Of a stretch of 64,000 nucleotides of DNA, positions 37,807-47,244 are shown piece by piece. The notes under the pieces are model-generated. The model was not told the origin of the DNA. It worked only from the letters and a program-made list of their open reading frames with translations, and made no database searches. The stretch lies in IMG/VR virus record IMGVR_UViG_3300008262_002626, positions 1 through 64,000 of that record, one strand, 5' to 3'. Each line of letters starts with the position of its first letter. Positions within the stretch are counted from its first letter, which is position 1. Both the position numbers and the translations under genes were made by a program. Source of the stretch: a virus.

Positions 37807-38091
37807 TTATTTAAAGAATTGTGCTACGCTATCCCAATGACTTGACATCCAACCAAGCACGGCCATGCCGCCTAGTATCATGTAAGTCCATTTCATCTTA
37901 AACCCTTCTAGGTCTTTGATCTTTCCAGCAAGTTGGGCGTGTTGTTCGCAACTGGCATCATACATGGTCTTTAGTTGTGCTTTGATATCGTCATGGCCAG
38001 CTTTGATGTCCACCTGCAGATGGTCAATTTTTTCATCTAAGTTAGCTACTTTCGTTTCGACTATACCAAGTCGTTCTGCTGTTGTCGCCAT
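37807..38091 (-). CDS. Coiled coil plus C-terminal TM protein (holin/XhlA-like)
   Basis: ERLGIVETKV..LDEKID; TM YMILGGMAVLGW. Confidence 0.55.
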   Translation of the reverse strand: MATTAERLGIVETKVANLDEKIDHLQVDIKAGHDDIKAQLKTMYDASCEQHAQLAGKIKDLEGFKMKWTYMILGGMAVLGWMSSHWDSVAQFFK

Positions 38092-38176
38092 CGTGGCATT
38101 CTCCGTTATTAAGTCAGGGCTCTTATGAGCATGTGCCTAATCAAAAATGCCTTGTAGTTGCCTTATGATATATTTA

Positions 38177-38578
38177 TTAAAGTTGTTTAAAAATAATGTT
38201 GCGGGCATCGCCATCTGTTACAAAAACAGCATAGTTTTGCTCCATAGATTCGTCTAATCCACTAATATAAGGTACACCCTCAAAGTCATTTATTAAAAAT
38301 GAAACAGGATTATTCAAATCTCCGAATAGGTAATCTTTTTCTACTTCAAATTCAAAAACCCAAACTTTTATTATTTTACTAGTTTTAAATCCAACTACGT
38401 TACCTGCTACTGTTATTACTTCAGGTTTTTTAGAAAAAGATACATTTGCCCTCATACCTAAAGTTTGAAGAACTGTTTGGAAGTTTTGTTCCTTCCATCG
38501 ATCTGTTTCTTGTCCAGAAATATTTCTATATTGTTCTGTATTAGTAATATCAACTGTAGTATAGATAGTATAACGCAT
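38177..38578 (-). CDS. Hypothetical late protein
   Basis: ATG 5 nt after TAAATA. Confidence 0.7.
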   Translation of the reverse strand: MRYTIYTTVDITNTEQYRNISGQETDRWKEQNFQTVLQTLGMRANVSFSKKPEVITVAGNVVGFKTSKIIKVWVFEFEVEKDYLFGDLNNPVSFLINDFEGVPYISGLDESMEQNYAVFVTDGDARNIIFKQL

Positions 38579-38597
38579 GGCTGTATTTAACAGTCAT

Positions 38598-38624
38598 AAA
38601 AAAAGCCTACTATAAAGTAGGCTT
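38598..38624 (-). terminator. Intrinsic terminator
   Basis: AAGCCTACT-TTAT-AGTAGGCTT followed by a T-tract on the minus strand. Confidence 0.75.
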
Positions 38625-38644
38625 CCCTTCCCATCCCTAGGAAA

Positions 38645-38977
38645 TTATACTGGGTTCTGATCGAAATCAGCAACAACAGCTAGAGTAATGTCTGTACCGT
38701 AGTCGCCTGAGCTAGTACCGATAGTACCTGTTCCTTGAACTGCTAGGTAAACTGGATCTGTACCGATAGTTCCTGCGATACCTGCAACTGTGAATGCATC
38801 GTTTGTTGAACCAACGTCTGTTCCAACTGTTAGTGCTTTGATAACTGCAACTAATTCAGCTTCTGTTGCGTTGCCTGTTCCTTTGTTTACGCTAACAATG
38901 CGTGTACGTGGGCCTAGGCCGTTTACTGTTGATAATTGCTCGTAATTAGCAATGACTGTTCCTGATAATGCTGGCAT
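38645..38977 (-). CDS. Probable small virion structural protein
   Basis: G/T/A/V-rich; own TAAATA, strong GAGGAG SD and terminator. Confidence 0.6.
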   Translation of the reverse strand: MPALSGTVIANYEQLSTVNGLGPRTRIVSVNKGTGNATEAELVAVIKALTVGTDVGSTNDAFTVAGIAGTIGTDPVYLAVQGTGTIGTSSGDYGTDITLAVVADFDQNPV

Positions 38978-39059
38978 AATAATTTCTCCTCTTTAGCATT
39001 AAACCTACCACTCCGTAGGCTTTTGTATATGTATTTATTATTTGGACTAGAAATCTAGC

Positions 39060-39902
39060 TTAAAGGGCCAGTTTTTGGCGAATAGATTTGAACCAATCTA
39101 CTGTGCCTTCTTTTACGGCTACACCCTTTTTAGCCATATCGTCACGGAACTGTGCTAGGCGAGGGCTGTCTATGCCCCCAACAGCATCTATAATGCTTTC
39201 AGCACTGCCTAGATCGTCTGCTGTAGCTTTAGGACCTAGCACAATGCGAGCAAGCTCGTCAACATCTTGTGTTACGATTTCTCCAGTAGCACGATTTTTT
39301 AGGCTACCGCCAAACCCGTCATACTGGAATGTCTTAGGAGGGTGTCCTGGAATACTGTTAACTAGACTAGATACTGCTAACTGTTGATCAACACCTTTGT
39401 ACGGACTGTCTTTGCGACTGTAATCATGCTCATGATGACGTCCGATAGCATGGGCATTTTTCATAGTCATTAGATCTATTTGAAAGTATGCAGGTAGGCC
39501 TTCTATTTCTTTGCCCACAGGCAAGCCTATGTGTACATTTTTACCAATCTGTGTAGTTGGAAACTGCTGGCTCATTGCTTTAGCCAGGGCAACACGTACT
39601 TCTTTGTCGTCTGCTTCCGGTGCTAGGCCAAGTTTGCCTTTGATTGCATCTGTGTCAATAAACACGTCAACATCACCGGAATCAATTTTAGTAGTTCCTT
39701 TCTTGGCAAAACGATGTTCTGGGTCAAATGATCCGGCGCCACCACTACGCCAAAAACCTGGATCACCTAGGTCTGCTAGAATAGGCTGTAGTTGCTTTTT
39801 GATCTGTAAAAACTGTTCTTTGCTTAGGCGGACTAATACACCCTTTTCTGGGTTATTGTCTAGCGCATCTATTCCTAGCTTTTTAAGAGCATTACCACTC
39901 AT
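39060..39902 (-). CDS. Nucleotidyltransferase-fold protein
   Basis: GAGS...SGDVDVFID and FQIDLM. Confidence 0.6.
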   Translation of the reverse strand: MSGNALKKLGIDALDNNPEKGVLVRLSKEQFLQIKKQLQPILADLGDPGFWRSGGAGSFDPEHRFAKKGTTKIDSGDVDVFIDTDAIKGKLGLAPEADDKEVRVALAKAMSQQFPTTQIGKNVHIGLPVGKEIEGLPAYFQIDLMTMKNAHAIGRHHEHDYSRKDSPYKGVDQQLAVSSLVNSIPGHPPKTFQYDGFGGSLKNRATGEIVTQDVDELARIVLGPKATADDLGSAESIIDAVGGIDSPRLAQFRDDMAKKGVAVKEGTVDWFKSIRQKLAL

Positions 39903-40150
39903 TCTTTAGATTCCTGAATACGTTTAACACCACGCTTAAATTTCGCAGGATCACCTGATTTAATGCTATTGATAAATCTACGCTCAAGTTCTGCGGCTGT
40001 TTCGATATCGTAATGTTCTCTAATCAGTGAGATTAGATTGATAGCACTTTGTATGATGTTACTGCCCCGGCTTTCTACTACGAGATCAGTATCTCTACTA
40101 ATCCCTAAATCCGAAAGCTCCTGCAGAATCGATCTAGTTGATTTTCTCAT
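39899..40150 (-). CDS. Hypothetical late protein
   Basis: MRKSTRSIL start; TAAATA upstream. Confidence 0.65.
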   Translation of the reverse strand: MRKSTRSILQELSDLGISRDTDLVVESRGSNIIQSAINLISLIREHYDIETAAELERRFINSIKSGDPAKFKRGVKRIQESKE

Positions 40151-40282
40151 ATTTGTGTCTTCCAACATTATTTATTGTATATTACAATATCTTTTTGGTA
40201 AAATCAAGCCGTTAGAACAGGTCAATAAATGTGCAGTTGCACACGACTCAGTATAAATACTGATACACACAAGGAGAGAGTA

Positions 40283-40405
40283 ATGTTTAAAAAAGTTCTA
40301 TCATCAGTATGGGATTTTTTCTGTGCAGTTGGGGAAGCTCGATATGCCGCAGAATTAGCCCGCAATGGCAAATGGCGTGAAGCCCAGGAATATTGCCAGA
40401 AGTAA
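40283..40405 (+). CDS. 40-aa protein MFKKVLSSVWDFFCAVGEARYAAELARNGKWREAQEYCQK
   Basis: TATAAATA at ~40252 then ACACACAAGGAG SD. Confidence 0.65.
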   Translation: MFKKVLSSVWDFFCAVGEARYAAELARNGKWREAQEYCQK

Positions 40406-40406
40406 T

Positions 40407-40616
40407 ATGTTTTGCGAATTCCAAGAAGTACCGTATCACCAGTGGGGGCCGTGGCGTAATCAATGGGGTTACATAACCACGGTAGCCCAGTTTGCTGAAG
40501 ATGATATCCTGCTTAAATCTATCACCCCTTATAAAACAAATATCGTTAAACGATATAGCGACTGGGAAGATTGTCAGCGTGGGATAGAATTAATTGAACA
40601 GGATAGGAGATTCTAA
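40407..40616 (+). CDS. Hypothetical protein
   Basis: Start MFCEF 1 nt after the previous stop. Confidence 0.55.
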   Translation: MFCEFQEVPYHQWGPWRNQWGYITTVAQFAEDDILLKSITPYKTNIVKRYSDWEDCQRGIELIEQDRRF

Positions 40617-40696
40617 TGACACAGTTACACTGGCAACCAATGACCGACGAAGATGTCGAATGGGTAAATAATCCAGGGAAAAAATCATGTTGACTC

Positions 40697-40725
40697 TTGA
40701 TTTCTTTCCTGCAGGTATATATAAT
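40697..40725 (+). promoter_or_regulatory. Sigma70-type promoter
   Basis: TTGATT-17 nt-TATAAT. Confidence 0.65.
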
Positions 40726-40752
40726 AATAACACATACACACAAGGAGGAGTT

Positions 40753-40974
40753 ATGTTTTCACCACACTTTTATATTGAATCTTTTCAGAACACTAAAAAG
40801 ATTGTTACTGATCAGATCTTCAAAGATCCCGCCCTAAACAAAGCGGCACATGCATATATCGATGCACAAACCCAATTCGCCAAGATGGCTGTTAACAACA
40901 CCATTGACATGGCTAAATATTCTGTGGAAACAGTCAGCAAGTATCTGTTTCCTAAGAAGGAAGGTACCGCCTAA
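40753..40974 (+). CDS. Small helical, phasin-like protein
   Basis: AAGGAGGAG SD; amphipathic helix FQNTKK...YIDAQTQFAK. Confidence 0.55.
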   Translation: MFSPHFYIESFQNTKKIVTDQIFKDPALNKAAHAYIDAQTQFAKMAVNNTIDMAKYSVETVSKYLFPKKEGTA

Positions 40975-41006
40975 AGGTACAGACATACACACACAAGGAG
41001 ATTATT

Positions 41007-41291
41007 ATGTCAACAGTATTAAATGGACTACCAGAAGTGAAACTACCAGAAGTTAAATTTAACAAGAACGGCTACGAAATCCGTACAGACATCCTAGCAA
41101 TGGCCAAGGACCTAGTTGAAAGCGAATATCGCGTTGCTTTCCAAGGTTGGGAAATGTCAGCACAGCGTGACGAGAAGACTGGTCAGATCGTTACTACAGT
41201 GGCTATGCCACAATTTCCAGGACTTGATAAAGTTCTAGAAACAGCTGAAAAGATGTATGGTTTTGTTAACGCTGGTGCTAGCAAGAAGTAA
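41007..41291 (+). CDS. Hypothetical protein
   Basis: ACACACAAGGAG SD; KNGYEIRTDILAMAKD. Confidence 0.75.
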   Translation: MSTVLNGLPEVKLPEVKFNKNGYEIRTDILAMAKDLVESEYRVAFQGWEMSAQRDEKTGQIVTTVAMPQFPGLDKVLETAEKMYGFVNAGASKK

Positions 41292-41340
41292 TTATATCGG
41301 CTAAATGCCTTATAGTCACGCATAGCGTTTATTATATATT

Positions 41341-41467
41341 AGGACGGGCACTACGGTGCTCGTTCTCTTATGTGAGCTTAGGGAATTTGGCCTTTACCCT
41401 TGTGCTAGTGGAAACAAGGAAAACACTAGCATTCAGCATCCTTCCATACCTTGTTGATCTAAGCTCA
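41341..41467 (-). ncRNA. Candidate late small RNA
   Basis: TAAATA at 41477-41472, then closing stem TGAGCTTAG/CTAAGCTCA with internal hairpin TGCTAGTG/CACTAGCA; second hairpin at 41341-41367. Confidence 0.5.
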
Positions 41468-41474
41468 ATAGTAT

Positions 41475-41879
41475 TTAAACTATCGACTCTCGATCAAACA
41501 GGTTAGGGTGCTTTTTACCCCAATTACGCATAATCACTGCGGCTTCGGCATTGGCTTCGTTTTCTTGTGGGCTACCGGTAGCACCAGGATCGTCGCCATC
41601 AAGTTCTCGATTTAGATCTTGTTTGTAGTGGACAAGCTCGTGTGCCAGTGTACGACAGACATCCATGATGTGTCTGTTAACTACAGTAATACGAATATGT
41701 TCGTTACCGTAGCCTCCGAAACTAGAATGTTCAACACTACCTTTAGCATCAAACTTAAATTCAAACTTAGGAAGGCTGTCAAGTTCTAAGTGTTCTGCGG
41801 CAAATCGAACAAATTCAAGCAAGGTGCTGTAAGTATCTTTACGACTCATTCCTTCGGTTAGTAGCTCTTTGATTTTCAT
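41475..41879 (-). CDS. HExxH zinc metallopeptidase-like late protein
   Basis: RTLAHELVH...ENEANA; MKIKELLTE start. Confidence 0.7.
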   Translation of the reverse strand: MKIKELLTEGMSRKDTYSTLLEFVRFAAEHLELDSLPKFEFKFDAKGSVEHSSFGGYGNEHIRITVVNRHIMDVCRTLAHELVHYKQDLNRELDGDDPGATGSPQENEANAEAAVIMRNWGKKHPNLFDRESIV

Positions 41880-42292
41880 TACTTCTTCCTACCTTGGCAA
41901 TGAGCACGTTGGCTAAATCCTTTTGGATTGTTACAGTTGATAGAACGCTTGTATTTGTCGCTCCACTCTTCACCAATATTTTTATCTATACCTCTGCTAC
42001 CTGTACCACCCTTACGACGTTTGGCAGCTAGTTCTTCAATGCCGTGGCGAATCTGTTCTAAGTTCTGCTCTAGACCCATAAACAGACCGCCCTTGGCATC
42101 ACGCACAATACTCTGCCACACTAGTAAATCGTTTGACTCTGCACGTTCTGCTAGATCTTTTAATTGAGCACGGGCCTGCATGATGCGCCCTTTTAAGCTC
42201 ATTGGATTAGCTTTTTCGTGGCCGTAGATTACGGGATCGTTAGGATCACCGGTCATATCTATTGGAGTTTCTAGCAGTTGATGTATCTTCAT
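41879..42292 (-). CDS. Late protein with capsid-targeting-like start and basic Cys-containing tail
   Basis: MKIHQLLE; C-terminal WSDKYKRSINCNNPKGFSQRAHCQGRKK. Confidence 0.65.
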   Translation of the reverse strand: MKIHQLLETPIDMTGDPNDPVIYGHEKANPMSLKGRIMQARAQLKDLAERAESNDLLVWQSIVRDAKGGLFMGLEQNLEQIRHGIEELAAKRRKGGTGSRGIDKNIGEEWSDKYKRSINCNNPKGFSQRAHCQGRKK

Positions 42293-42307
42293 AATAATAC
42301 TTATCTT

Positions 42308-43639
42308 TTAGTAGATTTCGCGCCACTGTAGACCTGCACCTACGTTAGTGCTCTGAGCGCCAATATTAGTTGCTACAATCAAATAAATTTCGCTATCAGT
42401 ACTGTCATAGTTTTGTACGATATAATTCTTTTTAGCTTCGCTAGGTAAGTTAGATGCTGGCGCACCACCTGCTTTTTGACTACCCTGTGTGCTGGCTCCT
42501 ACCCAACCGTTGTCTAGCTCGTCACCGTCAGTCCAAGTAGTAGCATCTACATTATATTGTACACCGCTGTCATCATCTACATCTGTCCAGGTAGTGTCGT
42601 TAAGAAAAGTACTATTGGGTAGTTTTAACAAGCGCCATTTAATACTGTCGCCATCACTGAACATCTTAAGATTGCCCATACGCACAATCATACGATTGGC
42701 ATAGGTTCTAAATGCAGTTTTTAATCTAATGGCTATGATAGGCGATGTAGCACCTGCGGCAATATTTTTTAGGGTAGGACTAGTTACAGCCCAATCAATA
42801 CCTGCTTCCACATAGCCACCTTCGCTGGCCACAGTACTACAGATCTGATCAAAGTAGGCACCTGTGGTTGCGCCTGTGTTTACAATTTCACAGCGTACAG
42901 GCAAGTTAGGTGTACTCATATACACAGTAGACAAATTATTAGAGTGATGGAATATGTGACAGGGTATGAATGAACCTTCGTGTACAAATCCCACAGTAAC
43001 CGAACCTACCCCTAACCATTGAAACTCTATAAATGACAGTTGTGTTTTAGTAATATCTAAGCTAAATTGGCTTCCGCCTTGTCCGTTACAACTATCAATG
43101 TTCCATTCGCTTTGTGTCTTACGAACTTCTTGTGGCGCTCCAGTTATATAACTGCGTATGACCCAACTCAGTGTACCATCGCCCGCCTGTTCAAAGTAGA
43201 TGCCATTGTTGTCATCGTAGTAACCTGTGCGTTTGGTTACATTAGGTGTTGCCGCATAGAAATTAAAACTGCTGAGTATCTGCTGACTCTTGCCAGGCAT
43301 ATAATGATGATAGAATTTGGTCTGATGCACTACACGGCTGCTAGGATCGTTTGAGGTTGTTAGTCTAGCACAGGCTTTGTTAGGTTGAAATGCCACAGTA
43401 CCGCCATTGACTAGGTAATCTACAAAGTTTGGATCTAATCCATATAAATGCTTATAGTCGCCTAAGGTAAACGGACTAGACATACGAATACGGCCAAACG
43501 CATCTGTCTGTCCTACCTTAAGTGTGGTACGAAGCACAGGTTGCCCTAGAGCATTGTACTCCATGGTATTATGTAGGTCTAGTAGATTAGACTCATGCGG
43601 ATGCTGATAGTTAGTTGAATTAGGTTGTTGAACGCCCAT
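42308..43639 (-). CDS. Beta-rich probable virion protein
   Basis: TDAFGRIRMS, QWLGVG; structural-gene context. Confidence 0.6.
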   Translation of the reverse strand: MGVQQPNSTNYQHPHESNLLDLHNTMEYNALGQPVLRTTLKVGQTDAFGRIRMSSPFTLGDYKHLYGLDPNFVDYLVNGGTVAFQPNKACARLTTSNDPSSRVVHQTKFYHHYMPGKSQQILSSFNFYAATPNVTKRTGYYDDNNGIYFEQAGDGTLSWVIRSYITGAPQEVRKTQSEWNIDSCNGQGGSQFSLDITKTQLSFIEFQWLGVGSVTVGFVHEGSFIPCHIFHHSNNLSTVYMSTPNLPVRCEIVNTGATTGAYFDQICSTVASEGGYVEAGIDWAVTSPTLKNIAAGATSPIIAIRLKTAFRTYANRMIVRMGNLKMFSDGDSIKWRLLKLPNSTFLNDTTWTDVDDDSGVQYNVDATTWTDGDELDNGWVGASTQGSQKAGGAPASNLPSEAKKNYIVQNYDSTDSEIYLIVATNIGAQSTNVGAGLQWREIY

Positions 43640-43642
43640 GGA

Positions 43643-44659
43643 TTACAAGCCCCATTTATTGCTGAGATAGTTTTCCACGTTAGAAATTTCAGTAGAATTT
43701 AACGCATGGGTAAAAATTAAGAACTCGCCTATATCACCTGTATAGTAGTTGGCACCATTATTGTTACCAATATATAAAGTAGTATTACTTGCACTGAGAG
43801 TATCACCTACTGTTCCGGCAAATGTAAGTGTAATATCAGTTTTATCGTATCGGTACTTTAAACTTGCGGCATTGGTAGTTTGTGTACCGTCATAGGCAAA
43901 AGTATGTATATGGAATGCTGTGCCATCATTGACTACTGTACTAGTTCCTACGCCGCCAGCAGCCTTGGCTACAAACTTTCCTGCCGTAGTATCATAAATC
44001 AATCCGGTAGCACCACTATTGGTTACAAATATATTTGGGCTTCCTGTTGTTGCTGTCATCTTCATCACTACAAAAACTGTCAGGGCAGGAGCACTGGCTA
44101 ACGAAGAATACGGATTGATACTTAAACCATCGTTACCGTCAAAACGAACAACACTTAGAGTATTCTGTTCACTGGTCTGGTAACTGGCTCTAGTAGTAGC
44201 ACCGCCAATTGGGTTAGCGTTGTGGGCGAAACCAGACTTGTCTGTCCATTGCGTGAACGTCTGGCCGTCACTAGGGTTGCTTGGAACGAATTGTACTCCA
44301 TCACTGCCATCATACCAAGATTCAAGCTGAACAAAAGTTTCTGTAGGAACTGCTTCTTCAATTGTAGCAGGTGCCGACAATGATGCAATTCCTACCCAGG
44401 GCCTAGCTGGTAGTAAAGGGTCTGCATCTGCTGTGGTTCCGTAGGCCAAACTTAATGCATCTAAATCATAAACGTTGTTAGTTCTATAATAGGGTTTAGA
44501 TGAATCTACTGATCCAGAAATAGTTCCATCATCAGCAACTATTTTACCTTGACGTTTTGCCTGTGCAATATCTAATTTAGCCACCTGTCTTGCGGCTTTG
44601 TTAGCAACAGGATCAGATCCGTCGCCTGAAATTAAATGAGCAATACCGTTAGCTGACAT
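43643..44659 (-). CDS. Virion protein with LamG/concanavalin-like domain
   Basis: WYDGSD...QWTDKSG...FDGND...GDIGEFLIF...VENYLSNKWG. Confidence 0.7.
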   Translation of the reverse strand: MSANGIAHLISGDGSDPVANKAARQVAKLDIAQAKRQGKIVADDGTISGSVDSSKPYYRTNNVYDLDALSLAYGTTADADPLLPARPWVGIASLSAPATIEEAVPTETFVQLESWYDGSDGVQFVPSNPSDGQTFTQWTDKSGFAHNANPIGGATTRASYQTSEQNTLSVVRFDGNDGLSINPYSSLASAPALTVFVVMKMTATTGSPNIFVTNSGATGLIYDTTAGKFVAKAAGGVGTSTVVNDGTAFHIHTFAYDGTQTTNAASLKYRYDKTDITLTFAGTVGDTLSASNTTLYIGNNNGANYYTGDIGEFLIFTHALNSTEISNVENYLSNKWGL

Positions 44660-44994
44660 TATTCATTCTCCGGATTATGTTGGTGCCCAGGATAAGCACT
44701 TGGATGCTGTACACGAATATCGCTAGGATGTTTAGGTTCTTGCCAACCACCGCCAGCATCTTTAGTTACTGCGTCTATATCTGCATATTCTTCCTTAGGT
44801 GCATTTGAAAAAACGCTAGCAGAGCCGTCTGTATCGTCTTTGCTGACTAGATCTACTATCTGTTTAAATTTGCGAATAGTATCCGGATTCTCTTCTTGCG
44901 GCTCTGCTACAGCAACTACCTGTATTTCTGGTTCTGCTGTTTTCTGGCCGTCAATTAAGTCTAAAATACTGCGTATGATTTCTTGGGCTCTCAT
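44659..44994 (-). CDS. Hypothetical late protein
   Basis: MRAQEII start; TAAATA at 45019-45014. Confidence 0.65.
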   Translation of the reverse strand: MRAQEIIRSILDLIDGQKTAEPEIQVVAVAEPQEENPDTIRKFKQIVDLVSKDDTDGSASVFSNAPKEEYADIDAVTKDAGGGWQEPKHPSDIRVQHPSAYPGHQHNPENE

Positions 44995-45036
44995 GATTGT
45001 TTCCTGTATCCTATATTTAGTGTTAAATAGCGTACT

Positions 45037-46239
45037 ATGATAAACAAAGAACCTTTCAAAAAACTACTACAAGATCTAAAAGATTCAGGAAAATATCGTG
45101 TTTTTAACGATATTGTACGAGAAGCTGGTAAATTTCCTACAGCTATTTGGTATGGACCCTATGCTATTAAAAATATAGTTAACTGGTGCTCGAATGATTA
45201 TCTAGGCATGGGACAGCACAAAGTTGTTATTGATGCTATGCACACAGCATTAGATCATACTGGGACAGGATCAGGCGGAACTCGTAACATCGGAGGAACT
45301 AGTCATTATCATGTAGCTTTGGAACATGAACTAGCAACATTACATAAGAAAGAACGTGCCTTGCTGTTCAGTAGTGCTTACGTTGCAAATGAATGGACAC
45401 TGATCGCATTGAGCAAGATCGTACCCAATATTGAGTTTATCAGCGATAGTAAGAATCATAATAGTTTGATAGTCGGAATACAACATAGTAAAGCTAAGAA
45501 AGTAGTCTTTAAACATAACGACTTAGAAGATCTAGAACAAAAACTTAAAATTAGTTTTGCACAAGGCAATACTCCTTGCATAGTATTTGAAAGTGTTTAT
45601 AGCATGGATGGAGATGTTAGTCCTATCAAAGAAATATGTCGCCTAGCTAAAAAATACAAAGCAATCACTTATATCGACGAAGTACACGCAGTAGGACTCT
45701 ACGGAAATCGCGGAGGAGGCAAAGTAGAAGAATTAGGCCTAGAAGATCAAATTGATATTATCAACGGAACATTGGGTAAAGCATTTGGTGTTCAGGGCGG
45801 ATACATCGCAGCCGATAGTGATATCGTTGATGCTATCCGTTCAGTGGCTGCTGGCTTCATCTTTACAACATCGATGAGTCCTGTAAGTTGTGCCGGTGCT
45901 CTGGCCGCAATCAAGTGGTTGAAGGAGCATAACGAAATACGCGAAAAGCACCAAGAACGTGCTCGTAAATTAAAGTATCGATTGAACAAAGCAGGTATTA
46001 CAGTTATGGAGTGTTCAACTACACACATTGTTCCTGTACTAGTAGGTGAGGCTAAGAAATGTAAAAAGATCAGTGATTACCTATTAGCTGAACACGGTAT
46101 CTATGTACAGCCAATTAATTACCCAACTGTCGATGTAGGCACAGAACGACTACGCTTTGCTCCTACACCATACCATGATGACGGTATGATCGAAGATCTA
46201 GTTGATGCTCTTAAACAAGCATTTGAGCAATTTGAGTAA
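45037..46239 (+). CDS. hemA: 5-aminolevulinate synthase (C4/Shemin pathway)
   Basis: [58 protein letters not shown]. Confidence 0.95.
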   Translation: MINKEPFKKLLQDLKDSGKYRVFNDIVREAGKFPTAIWYGPYAIKNIVNWCSNDYLGMGQHKVVIDAMHTALDHTGTGSGGTRNIGGTSHYHVALEHELATLHKKERALLFSSAYVANEWTLIALSKIVPNIEFISDSKNHNSLIVGIQHSKAKKVVFKHNDLEDLEQKLKISFAQGNTPCIVFESVYSMDGDVSPIKEICRLAKKYKAITYIDEVHAVGLYGNRGGGKVEELGLEDQIDIINGTLGKAFGVQGGYIAADSDIVDAIRSVAAGFIFTTSMSPVSCAGALAAIKWLKEHNEIREKHQERARKLKYRLNKAGITVMECSTTHIVPVLVGEAKKCKKISDYLLAEHGIYVQPINYPTVDVGTERLRFAPTPYHDDGMIEDLVDALKQAFEQFE

Positions 46240-46447
46240 CACCAAAAACTAGCATAGAGCGAGCTTCGGCATTAGTTGCTTCTTCGTTTAACTTATCTGT
46301 ATTAACCAAATCTTGTAACAAAGCACGAGCTTCGTCTGCTGATATTTCACCGTTGCGGTTAGCTTCGGCAATCTGTAGTGCCATCTGGGCACGAGTCTCA
46401 GCCCAAGGTAAACCACATCCTGCTAGTTGTAATAGACTATCTGACAT
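46211..46447 (-). CDS. Hypothetical protein
   Basis: ORF track; GGGAG SD. Confidence 0.6.
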   Translation of the reverse strand: MSDSLLQLAGCGLPWAETRAQMALQIAEANRNGEISADEARALLQDLVNTDKLNEEATNAEARSMLVFGVTQIAQMLV

Positions 46448-46831
46448 TTAGAATCTCCCCTGTACTGTATGAGCAATCATATCAGCCTGTTGAATTAATA
46501 TCTTCTTTTTGATTTCGCAATAGGTAGGACTTACTGGACCTTTGGCTGTACGATCTACCATTTCTTTTACAGAGTCCTGCATCTTGCCTACAGGTACAAT
46601 TACGTCGCGTGTTGGTTTGCTCTTTGCGTAGATTTCAAACCATTCGATCTTTTGTGCTAGGTCTCTTGACTGTTGTGCAATATCGCCTTTGCAGTCAAAG
46701 TTACGAGTTGTCTGTTGTATTGTTGTAATGCTATGGCTTTGGTTGGCATCCCATTTAACCGGGATCCATTGTTGAATTGTTGAACAACCGGTTAGCCCAA
46801 CAAATGCTAATGCTAGTATTATATTTTTCAT
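46448..46831 (-). CDS. Lipoprotein
   Basis: Lipobox LTGC. Confidence 0.75.
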   Translation of the reverse strand: MKNIILALAFVGLTGCSTIQQWIPVKWDANQSHSITTIQQTTRNFDCKGDIAQQSRDLAQKIEWFEIYAKSKPTRDVIVPVGKMQDSVKEMVDRTAKGPVSPTYCEIKKKILIQQADMIAHTVQGRF

Positions 46832-46839
46832 GACTATCC

Positions 46840-47244
46840 TTATGTAATAGGGCCGCCTTCGATCCAGGCATCACATGTCCGTTTAGCGGCACATTTAAAT
46901 TTTAAAAACTTACAGTAGCCTAACTGCCCTGCATCTACTGTATCGTGTGGATTTGAACCGGGCTCACTGCCTATACCTGTTGCTATACAATCCTGCATTT
47001 TTTCTGATATATCAAATGCTCCGCAGTTACCACAACGATTATTTTTAACTGATTCTATATCTTTAGTGTTCCACTTATCTGCTAGTTTTTGCCAATATTC
47101 ATCATTTGGCTCGTTAGGATTTAGTGGGCCGTAATGATACTCGTTTATAGCCTTTTGTCTATTCTTTAGATTAAGATCGATATCTTGGGTAGCTGGTGGA
47201 CACCCCTTCTCTAGTGCCTCAACGACATTGATATAATTTCTCAT
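46840..47244 (-). CDS. Cys-rich metal-binding protein (HiPIP-like Cys spacing)
   Basis: CGNC...GYC...TCDAW. Confidence 0.55.
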   Translation of the reverse strand: MRNYINVVEALEKGCPPATQDIDLNLKNRQKAINEYHYGPLNPNEPNDEYWQKLADKWNTKDIESVKNNRCGNCGAFDISEKMQDCIATGIGSEPGSNPHDTVDAGQLGYCKFLKFKCAAKRTCDAWIEGGPIT

